Program-made: the position numbers and the translations under genes | DNA from: an uncultured Pelagibacteraceae bacterium | GTDB taxonomy: Bacteria > Pseudomonadota > Alphaproteobacteria > Pelagibacterales > Pelagibacteraceae | NCBI GenBank assembly: GCA_902615435.1 | Contig: CACMOZ010000002.1 | Location: 44,192-108,191 of the forward strand | Length of the DNA stretch: 64,000 nt | Direction: 5' to 3' | Part shown: piece after piece, positions 9,457 through 17,500 of the stretch | Layout of the letters: the number at the start of each line of letters is the position of its first letter | Position numbering within the stretch: position 1 is the first letter of the stretch | The notes under the pieces: generated by a model | What the model saw: the letters and a program-made list of their open reading frames with translations, nothing else | The model's database searches: none | Told to the model about the DNA's origin: nothing

Positions 9457-12400
9457 ATGGCTCAGAATATTTCAGTTCCAGATATAGGTGATTTTAAAGA
9501 CGTTGAGGTAATAGAAGTTTTAGTTAAGCCTGGTGATCAAATAAACAAAAATGACCCTATTGTTACAATTGAGAGCGACAAGTCAAGTGTGGAAATACCT
9601 TCTCCTGCTGCTGGAGAAATTAAAGATTTAAAAGTTAAAATTGGTGATAAAGTTTCGGAGGGAAGCATATTAGCCACAATAGAAAATGGCCAAGCGGCTT
9701 CGGCTCCAAAAGAAGAAAAAATAGTTAAAGAAGCTCAACCTCAAGAAAAACCAAAAACTAATGGTGAAATAAATCAGGTAAGACAAGTTAAGAAGGTCTT
9801 TGCTGAACCAGCTTCAAAAGATGATATTGATCCTATTGAAACCAACGAATGGATAGACTCTCTTAATTCAGTAATTGAAAATGATGGTTCTTCAAGAGCA
9901 AGTTACTTATTAAACAAAGTTATCGATCAAGCTTATAAATCTGGTCTTGTTCTTCCAGATACTAGAACAACTCCTTACATTAATACTATTCCACCAGAAG
10001 CTGAGATTAAATCACCCGGTGATCAAAATATTGAAAAAAAAATACGGGCATATGTAAGGTGGAACGCAGCGGCTATGGTCGTTAAGGCTAACAAAAAAAG
10101 TCCTGAACTAGGTGGTCACATCGGTACCTTTGCATCTGCGGCTACACTTTACGATGTGGGAATGAATCATTTTTGGAGAGCAAAAAATAATAAGTTTGGT
10201 GGAGATTTAATTTATTTTCAAGGACACTCGGCTCCAGGAATGTATGCAAGAGCTTTCTTAGAGGGAAGACTTACTTCAAAACAACTAGATGGTTTTAGGC
10301 AAGAAGTGAATAAAGGAGGTTTGTCCTCATATCCTCACCCTTGGTTGATGCCAAAGTTCTGGCAATTTCCAACTGTGTCCATGGGTCTTGGACCTATCAT
10401 GGCTATCTATCAAGCTAGATTTTTAAAATACTTAATCAATAGAGGATTAATTAAAGATGAGGGAAGAAAAATTTGGGTATTTCTTGGTGATGGTGAAATG
10501 GATGAGCCGGAGTCACTTGGTGCTATTGGTTTAGCTGCTCGTGAAAAATTAGATAATTTGATTTTTGTTGTAAATTGTAATTTGCAAAGACTGGACGGAC
10601 CTGTTCGAGGAAATAGTAAAATTATTCAGGAACTAGAGGGAAGCTTTAGAGGTTCGGGTTGGAATGTAATAAAAGTTATTTGGGGATCATACTGGGACCA
10701 ATTACTGGCTAAAGATAAAACAGGTCTTCTTATTAAGAGGATGAACGAATGTGTAGACGGAGAATACCAAGCATTTAAAGCTAAAGGTGGATCTTATGTA
10801 AGAGAAAAATTTTTTGGAAAATATCCTGAACTTACTGAGCTTGTTTCCTCTTTAACCGATAAAGATATTTGGAGATTGAATAGAGGAGGTCATGATCCTC
10901 ACAAAGTTTATGCAGCTTACGCAGCAGCAATGCAGCATACTGGATCACCTACGGTTATCTTAGCAAAAACTATCAAAGGATATGGAATGGGTAAAACAGG
11001 TGAAAGTGTTAACACAACCCATCAACAAAAAAAATTAGATGAAGAGGATCTTCTTTACTATAGAGATAGATTTAATGTGCCTCTTACAGATAAACAAGTA
11101 AAAGACATAGAGTATTACAAACCAAGTGAGAGTTCTGAGGAAATTAAATATTTAAAAGATAAGAGAATAAAACTAGGAGGTTTTATTCCAGAACGATCAA
11201 CTTTTGCCAAACAAATCAAAGCTCCACCAAAAGACATCTTTGATCAATTCATGAAATCAACCGGGGAAAAAGAGATGTCCACGACAATGGCTTTAGTGAG
11301 AATGATGACTGCACTCCTTAGAGATAAAAATGTTGCACCAAGGTTAGTGCCAATCATCCCTGATGAAGCGAGAACTTTTGGAATGGAGGGATTCTTTCAA
11401 AAAATTGGTATTTACGCACATGAAGGACAAAAATATGAGCCGGTTGATTCTGAACAACTTAGTTCATATCGAGAGGATAAAAGTGGTCAAGTTTTAGAGG
11501 AAGGTATCAATGAGTCTGGAGCAATGTCATCTTGGATTGCAGCAGGAACTGCTTACACTAATCACGATATCGAGATGATACCTGTTTATATTTTCTATTC
11601 TATGTTCGGATTTCAAAGAGTTGGAGATCTAGCATGGGCAGCTGGTGACTCTCAAGCTAGAGGATTTTTAATTGGAGCAACAGCTGGTAGAACCACATTA
11701 GCTGGAGAAGGATTACAACACCAAGACGGGCACAGCCAGTTATTGGCATCAAATATTCCAAACTGCGTTAGTTATGATCCAACATTTGCTTACGAGATGG
11801 CAACAATATTTAGAGAAGGCTTAAAAAGAATGCATGAAAAGAAAGAGAATGTCTTCTACTACATCACTGCAATGAACGAAAATTACTCTCATCCAGAAAA
11901 ACCTAAGGATTGTGATGAAGGAATTCTAAAAGGTATGTACTTATTTAAAGAGGGAAAAAATAAAGGAAAAACTAAAGTTCAATTATTAGGTTCAGGAACT
12001 ATTTTAAGAGAAATTATAGCCGCTTCTAAGATCCTATCAAAAGAATATAATATAGACGCTGACATTTGGAGTGTGACGAGTTTCAATGAGTTAAGAAGAG
12101 ATGGAATGGAAACCGAGAGATTAAATCTTCTTAACCCAGATAAAAAAGCGAAAAAATCTTATGTTCAGAAATGTTTATCAAAAAGAGATGGACCAGTTAT
12201 AGCAGCTTCAGATTATACAAGAGCATTCACTGATCAAATAAGACCTTACACAGACAAAAAGTTTTATTCATTCGGAACAGATGGTTATGGAAGAAGTGAC
12301 ACTAGAAAAAATCTTAGAAAATTTTTTGAAGTAGATAAAGAGCATATAGTGGCCTTTACCTTAAGCGCATTAGCAAAAGAACAACTTGTAGGTTCTAAAG

Positions 12401-12465
12401 AAGCAGAAAAAGCGATTAAAAAGTACAAAATAGATAAAGAGAAAGATTTCCCAGCAAATTTATAA
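9457..12465 (+). CDS. aceE: Pyruvate dehydrogenase E1, homodimeric AceE type, with N-terminal lipoyl domain
   Basis: N-terminal VPDIGDF...ESDKSSVEIP lipoyl domain, then GGHIGTFAS, PTVSMGLG, GDGEMDEPES, NCNLQRLDGPV, GEGLQHQD. Confidence 0.96.
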   Translation: MAQNISVPDIGDFKDVEVIEVLVKPGDQINKNDPIVTIESDKSSVEIPSPAAGEIKDLKVKIGDKVSEGSILATIENGQAASAPKEEKIVKEAQPQEKPKTNGEINQVRQVKKVFAEPASKDDIDPIETNEWIDSLNSVIENDGSSRASYLLNKVIDQAYKSGLVLPDTRTTPYINTIPPEAEIKSPGDQNIEKKIRAYVRWNAAAMVVKANKKSPELGGHIGTFASAATLYDVGMNHFWRAKNNKFGGDLIYFQGHSAPGMYARAFLEGRLTSKQLDGFRQEVNKGGLSSYPHPWLMPKFWQFPTVSMGLGPIMAIYQARFLKYLINRGLIKDEGRKIWVFLGDGEMDEPESLGAIGLAAREKLDNLIFVVNCNLQRLDGPVRGNSKIIQELEGSFRGSGWNVIKVIWGSYWDQLLAKDKTGLLIKRMNECVDGEYQAFKAKGGSYVREKFFGKYPELTELVSSLTDKDIWRLNRGGHDPHKVYAAYAAAMQHTGSPTVILAKTIKGYGMGKTGESVNTTHQQKKLDEEDLLYYRDRFNVPLTDKQVKDIEYYKPSESSEEIKYLKDKRIKLGGFIPERSTFAKQIKAPPKDIFDQFMKSTGEKEMSTTMALVRMMTALLRDKNVAPRLVPIIPDEARTFGMEGFFQKIGIYAHEGQKYEPVDSEQLSSYREDKSGQVLEEGINESGAMSSWIAAGTAYTNHDIEMIPVYIFYSMFGFQRVGDLAWAAGDSQARGFLIGATAGRTTLAGEGLQHQDGHSQLLASNIPNCVSYDPTFAYEMATIFREGLKRMHEKKENVFYYITAMNENYSHPEKPKDCDEGILKGMYLFKEGKNKGKTKVQLLGSGTILREIIAASKILSKEYNIDADIWSVTSFNELRRDGMETERLNLLNPDKKAKKSYVQKCLSKRDGPVIAASDYTRAFTDQIRPYTDKKFYSFGTDGYGRSDTRKNLRKFFEVDKEHIVAFTLSALAKEQLVGSKEAEKAIKKYKIDKEKDFPANL

Positions 12466-12466
12466 A

Positions 12467-13729
12467 ATGACAATTCAAAAAATTTTAGTTCCAGATATGG
12501 GTGACTTTAAAGATGTCGAGGTTATCGAAGTTCTGGTTAAGAAAGGTCAAGTCATTAAAAAAAACGACTCTTTAATTACTTTAGAAAGTGACAAATCAAG
12601 TGTTGAGGTACCCTCAACTCACGAAGGTAAGATAGAAAAAATTAATGTTTCTGTAGGTGATAAAATTAATAAAGGGGATTTAATTCTTACTTTAGAGTCA
12701 AAGCAAGAAACAAATGAACCTGTAAAAGAAAAATCTAAAAAAGAACCAGTAAAACAAAAAATACAAAATGAAGTAGTCCAGGTACAAAAGCAACAACCCG
12801 CACCTAGTGTTCCTGCTTCAGGAAAAAGTTCTGCAAGTCCAAAAATAAGAAAATTTGCAAGAGAGCTGGGAGCGGATATTTCTAAAATTTCTGGCACACA
12901 ACGTGCTGGAAGAGTGTCAGAAGAAGATGTAAAAAATTTTATAAGATCTCAAGTTACAGTTTCTCAAGGTGAGGTGCAAAAAAAAGAAGTTACAAAATAT
13001 GTAGAAGAATATTTTCACGAAGAATTTGGAGAAATAGCAACACAAGATCTACCACGTGTTAAGAAACTTTCGGGACCACATTTAGTCAGATCGTGGACAG
13101 AAATTCCACACGTTACTCAACATGATGAAATAGATGTTACTGACATGGAACAGTTTAGAAATTCTTTATACGATTATTATACTGGTGAAAAAATAAAAGT
13201 AACTCCTCTTGCTTTTATTGCAAAAGCCTTGGTGAGCGCTCTAAAAGAATTTCCAAATTTTAACGCGTCATTAAACCCTGAGTCTAATAAAATTATTTAT
13301 AAAAAATATTTTCATATTGGCTTTGCCGTTGATACTCCTCATGGTCTTATGGTTCCTAAATTAAGGAACGTTGATCAAATGAGTATTCAAAAAATTGGTG
13401 AAGAGCTTAAAAATACAAGTCAACTTTGCAGAGAACTTAAGATTGATAAAAAAGAATTTTTTGGTGGATCGATGACTATCTCAAGTTTAGGAGGAATTGG
13501 CGGAACACATTTTACACCTATCATTAATCCGCCAGAGGTAGCAATTTTAGGCGTAGGAAGAACTTTCGATCGACTTGTTAAAGAAAAAAATCAAATAGTT
13601 TCTAGAAAAATACTTCCGATATCATTATCTTATGATCACAGATTAATAGATGGTGCGGAAGGTGCTAGATTTTGTGTCTATCTTGGAAAATGTCTTGGAA
13701 AAGATTTTGCCTTTAAACTTGCTGTTTAG
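12467..13729 (+). CDS. aceF: Pyruvate dehydrogenase E2 dihydrolipoamide acetyltransferase
   Basis: One lipoyl domain (ESDKS), E3-binding region ASPKIRKFARELG, catalytic SYDHRLIDGAEGARF. Confidence 0.95.
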   Translation: MTIQKILVPDMGDFKDVEVIEVLVKKGQVIKKNDSLITLESDKSSVEVPSTHEGKIEKINVSVGDKINKGDLILTLESKQETNEPVKEKSKKEPVKQKIQNEVVQVQKQQPAPSVPASGKSSASPKIRKFARELGADISKISGTQRAGRVSEEDVKNFIRSQVTVSQGEVQKKEVTKYVEEYFHEEFGEIATQDLPRVKKLSGPHLVRSWTEIPHVTQHDEIDVTDMEQFRNSLYDYYTGEKIKVTPLAFIAKALVSALKEFPNFNASLNPESNKIIYKKYFHIGFAVDTPHGLMVPKLRNVDQMSIQKIGEELKNTSQLCRELKIDKKEFFGGSMTISSLGGIGGTHFTPIINPPEVAILGVGRTFDRLVKEKNQIVSRKILPISLSYDHRLIDGAEGARFCVYLGKCLGKDFAFKLAV

Positions 13730-13753
13730 TTGCTCTTAACCTAATAAGCCTTA

Positions 13754-14653
13754 ATGAATAAAAAAGTATTTTCTCTTATATGTGCTATTAGTTGTTCTTT
13801 AATTTGGGGTTCAGCTTTCGTGGCTCAAGATATGGGAATGGATTATAACGGACCATTTACTTTTACTTTCGGCAGGCTATTTCTTGGATTTCTAACGCTA
13901 GTCCCATTTTTTTATATTTTCGAATATAAAAAAGTTAATTCAATAATTTTCAAAAAAGTTAACATTTTAAATCTATTGCTTATTGGATTTCTTCTTTCGA
14001 TGGGAAATGTTTTACAACAATATGCTCTACTTTATACAGATGTAGCTAATACAGCAGTATTTACAATTTTTTATGTAGTTTTAGTTCCATTTGTTGCTTA
14101 CTATTTTTTTTCAAAAAATATTCATAAGTCTGTTTGGCTATCTATTATTATTTGTTTATTTGGAGGTATACTTTTAACTGAGTTCGATAATATTCAGGTA
14201 AGAATAGGAGATAGTATTGCGGTTTTTAATGCATTATTTTGGGCGTTCCATATTGTTTTTATTTCAAGATTTTTAAGAATATTTAATTATCCAATCACTA
14301 TTGCCTGCCTTCAATGCTTAATTGCATCTATATTTGCATTGATGCCGGCTTTTGTTTTTGAAAGTGTTAAATTTTCAAATATGGTTTTAGATGGAAAAGA
14401 AATGTTATACGCTGGAATTCTCTCGAGCGGAGTAGCCTTTCTTCTTCAAATTTACGGACAACAAAACCTTTCTCCAGCGCCTGTAGCTATTATATTTTCA
14501 CTGGAAGGTGTATTCGCTTCAATTTTCGGATGGATTATTTTAAGTCAGTTTTTAAATGAAATTAAAATTATAGGAATAATTCTTATTTTATTTGCGGTTA
14601 TTTTTTCACAATTAGCTCCGTTATATGATAAAAAAAAGTATGGACGAGTCTAA
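13754..14653 (+). CDS. DMT/EamA family transporter
   Basis: About 10 TM helices, IWGSAF start, duplicated EamA-like halves. Confidence 0.88.
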   Translation: MNKKVFSLICAISCSLIWGSAFVAQDMGMDYNGPFTFTFGRLFLGFLTLVPFFYIFEYKKVNSIIFKKVNILNLLLIGFLLSMGNVLQQYALLYTDVANTAVFTIFYVVLVPFVAYYFFSKNIHKSVWLSIIICLFGGILLTEFDNIQVRIGDSIAVFNALFWAFHIVFISRFLRIFNYPITIACLQCLIASIFALMPAFVFESVKFSNMVLDGKEMLYAGILSSGVAFLLQIYGQQNLSPAPVAIIFSLEGVFASIFGWIILSQFLNEIKIIGIILILFAVIFSQLAPLYDKKKYGRV

Positions 14654-15017
14654 TCAAGGGTTTATGAAACATCTTGGCGGGTTAGAGCTAAAAAAAATTA
14701 GTGATACTCAATATGAGTTTTCAGTAGAAGTTAAAGAAATACATTTAAACACTGGTAAAATTGCACATGGTGGTTTTCTTTCTACTATAGCAGATACTGG
14801 TATGGGAACGGCTGCTCACAGAGTTGCTGGTGACAAGAGATGTGTAACAATTAATTTAGATATGAAATTTATCTCTGTAGGCCAACTTGGTGATAAACTT
14901 ACCGGGAAAGTAAAAATATTAAAAAAAACTAAAACACTGGTTTTTATTTCTTGTGAAATTTTTAATTCAAGCGACATAGTTGCCTCTGCAAGTGGTACTT
15001 GGAAAATACTACAATAG
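14640..15017 (+). CDS. PaaI family hot-dog thioesterase
   Basis: HLNTGKIAHGGFLSTIADTGMG motif; start placed at the MDES ATG (14640). Confidence 0.88.
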   Translation: MDESNQGFMKHLGGLELKKISDTQYEFSVEVKEIHLNTGKIAHGGFLSTIADTGMGTAAHRVAGDKRCVTINLDMKFISVGQLGDKLTGKVKILKKTKTLVFISCEIFNSSDIVASASGTWKILQ

Positions 15018-15023
15018 TATTTG

Positions 15024-16475
15024 ATGAAATCAAAAACTGTCTTTGTTTCAATTTTATTTATTTTTATTTCAATTAAAAGTGCGTCTGCGAATTTTTTTAA
15101 GAATATTACAGATTTAATAGATAACAACTACGAAAGTCTTAGGTATGGTATTTCTGTGGCTGATGTTAATAACGACAGTACTTATGAATTTATAGTAGCT
15201 GGTTTTGGAAGTGAAAATTTAGCATTGTCATACAAAAATAATAAACTAATAAATATTGTAAATGATACTAAGTTTGCAGATAAAAGAAGTTTTACTATTG
15301 GTGTAGCTGCTTGCGATATTGATTCTGATGGATACGAAGAGATTTATTTTTTAAATACTGATACTTATAGTGGTGAAAAAAAATATTCTGACCGATTAAT
15401 AGATTTAAAAAATACAAAATTTTTTGATCTTTTTGAACAAAAGAAGAATCAGATAGATTTAAACTTTACAGCTGGTCGTTCCGTTGTTTGTGTTGATAGA
15501 AACGGAAACGGAAAATATGGTATTTATGTTGCTAATTATGGAGGTCCAACAAGATTTTATGAAAAGTTTAAGGGAAAAATAAAAGATAGGGCAGCAGAGT
15601 TCGGCTTGGATAAAATTACTGGCGGAAGAGCAGTCGTTGCTGGACATATATTATCAAACAATATTGATATTTTCGCAGCTAATGAAAGAGGAGTAAATTT
15701 TTTATACAAGAATGTTGATGGTATCTTTTATGATGTGGCATCAGGGTACAATGTTTTAGACCCTTATGAAAATGGAAGAGGAACAGCGTTAAGTGATATT
15801 TTGTACAGAGGTCAATTAGATATTGTTAGTGGAAATTGGGATGGAGAGCACCGTATTTTTATAAAGAAAGAAAACTCTTTTAAAGACATTGCCGATAGTA
15901 ATTTTAAAAGGCCATCTAAAATTCGAACGGTTATCTCAGCTGATTTTGATAATGATGGATATGATGAAATATTTCTTAATAATATCGGTGAGGCAAATAA
16001 ATTATTCAAAATTAAGGAAAATGGGAAATTAGAAGAAATAGATATCACTTCTAACTCTGAAGCAAATGGTCTTGGAACTGGTGCAGCTGTAGCGGACATT
16101 GATAAAGACGGAATTTTAGAATTATTGATTGCCCATGGAGAAACAGGAAATCAAATACTTACACTTTACAAAGCAAACGTAAAAAAAGATAAGAATTATT
16201 TAAGAATAAAAGCTTTGAATAAAAATGGAGCTCCAGCTAGAGGAGCAACAGTGACACTAAAATCCAATTTAAGAAAGCATTCTAAAACAATAGACTCTGG
16301 TTCAGGATATCTATGCCAAATGGAACCTGTTGCCCATTATGGAATTAGAAATGGCGAGAAAGACTTTGAAGTACAAATTAAATGGACAAATGGGAAAACA
16401 AATAATTATAAAATAAAAGAAACAGGGAAGACTTATATTTTTAAACAAAGTAAAATGACTATCTCGCCATCTTAA
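15024..16475 (+). CDS. Secreted CRTAC1-family protein (FG-GAP/integrin-like Ca-binding repeats plus ASPIC/UnbV domain)
   Basis: Signal peptide; repeats DVNNDSTYE, DIDSDGYEE, DRNGNGKY, DFDNDGYDE, DIDKDGILE; C-terminal GSGYLCQMEPVAHYG...IKWTNG. Confidence 0.88.
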   Translation: MKSKTVFVSILFIFISIKSASANFFKNITDLIDNNYESLRYGISVADVNNDSTYEFIVAGFGSENLALSYKNNKLINIVNDTKFADKRSFTIGVAACDIDSDGYEEIYFLNTDTYSGEKKYSDRLIDLKNTKFFDLFEQKKNQIDLNFTAGRSVVCVDRNGNGKYGIYVANYGGPTRFYEKFKGKIKDRAAEFGLDKITGGRAVVAGHILSNNIDIFAANERGVNFLYKNVDGIFYDVASGYNVLDPYENGRGTALSDILYRGQLDIVSGNWDGEHRIFIKKENSFKDIADSNFKRPSKIRTVISADFDNDGYDEIFLNNIGEANKLFKIKENGKLEEIDITSNSEANGLGTGAAVADIDKDGILELLIAHGETGNQILTLYKANVKKDKNYLRIKALNKNGAPARGATVTLKSNLRKHSKTIDSGSGYLCQMEPVAHYGIRNGEKDFEVQIKWTNGKTNNYKIKETGKTYIFKQSKMTISPS

Positions 16476-17157
16476 TAAAAATATCACCCATACCAATATT
16501 CATTTCTTCTAACGGAATATCGTTTTTAAAAGCACAAAATCTACCTGTAATTTCATTGGCTTCTATCTTTTTGATATCAGCTTTTTGACATTTTTTGGCT
16601 TCATAGAAAAGACCTATCACAAGCTTACCGTCGACAACAAATACTTCGTCATCATTTAGTCTTTGATTTTTACAAAAATAATTTCTATTTACTTCCGCAG
16701 GAAAATCTTTTTTTGAACAAGGATTGTTAATTAGTAAAACATCAATTTTTTTAAGACCGTCTTTAAACTTGTGTTTAATTTTTTTAACTTTTGTATAATT
16801 CATTAGATCACAGGAACAAGGCCAACAACATCTATAAAGCTCACCACAAATATTTTTTTGTGTTCTTAACTCCTTAACATAGATATAATCAGGTTTTTCT
16901 CCTGGATTGATTAAAGATCCTGAAACAGGGCAATAAAATTTATTATATTCTTTAAACTCTTCATAAGTTAAGTCTTGATCTATTAAATATTTGAAAAACC
17001 TTGGACCTGCAGCATTCCTGTTACTGTCTGGAAATATTTTAGACCAATTTTTAACAAGGTTTTCATAATAAAACTTTTTTTGTTGAAAATTTACATCTGC
17101 TGTAGCTGATGAGAAATAAATTAATATTAAAAATAGTACTTTTAAAAAAAATTTCAT
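16459..17157 (-). CDS. Secreted cysteine-rich hypothetical protein
   Basis: Signal peptide (MKFFLKVLFLILIYFSSATA); 10 Cys including YCPVSGS and RCCWPCSCD. Confidence 0.8.
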   Translation of the reverse strand: MKFFLKVLFLILIYFSSATADVNFQQKKFYYENLVKNWSKIFPDSNRNAAGPRFFKYLIDQDLTYEEFKEYNKFYCPVSGSLINPGEKPDYIYVKELRTQKNICGELYRCCWPCSCDLMNYTKVKKIKHKFKDGLKKIDVLLINNPCSKKDFPAEVNRNYFCKNQRLNDDEVFVVDGKLVIGLFYEAKKCQKADIKKIEANEITGRFCAFKNDIPLEEMNIGMGDIFIKMAR

Positions 17158-17215
17158 GAATTAAGCTAAATCATTTTCAAGTAAGTTTCACTGCGCTTTT
17201 CTTACTTAGCTGATA

Positions 17216-17365
17216 TCATTTTTTTCGTCTAATTTTTTCAATTCCACAATCTTTGCATTTAATCGTTTCAGTTGAACCTCCTGGTCCAAAACTAAAATTA
17301 ATATCGATTTTTTCATATCTATGAATGCCAATTTTACAAAACAACAAATACAACCACCTAATCAT
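17216..17365 (-). CDS. 49-aa putative zinc-finger small protein (C-x4-H ... C-x2-C)
   Basis: Manual translation MIRWLYLLFCKIGIHRYEKIDINFSFGPGGSTETIKCKDCGIEKIRRKK; below the ORF-track cutoff. Confidence 0.7.
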   Translation of the reverse strand: MIRWLYLLFCKIGIHRYEKIDINFSFGPGGSTETIKCKDCGIEKIRRKK

Positions 17366-17411
17366 AATTCTAACAAAAAATTTATTAATTATTATAACAG
17401 GGGGTAATTAA

Positions 17412-17468
17412 ATGTCAGGTTGGGAAATTTTGATAGTTGTAGCTATTCTTTACGCAATAGTTAATTAA
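17412..17468 (+). CDS. Putative 18-aa membrane peptide (MSGWEILIVVAILYAIVN)
   Basis: AGGGGG SD-like run 7 nt before ATG, preceded by TATAAC; a single hydrophobic helix. Confidence 0.5.
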   Translation: MSGWEILIVVAILYAIVN

Positions 17469-17500
17469 GCTAATTTATAAAGCAAAAAAATTAGAAAATT

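Noticed and set aside
17172-17218. TGA stop of the 49-aa ORF followed by a hairpin (possible selenocysteine readthrough)
   Set aside because: Readthrough adds only 12 residues before another TGA, is out of frame with the next gene and has no redox-motif context.
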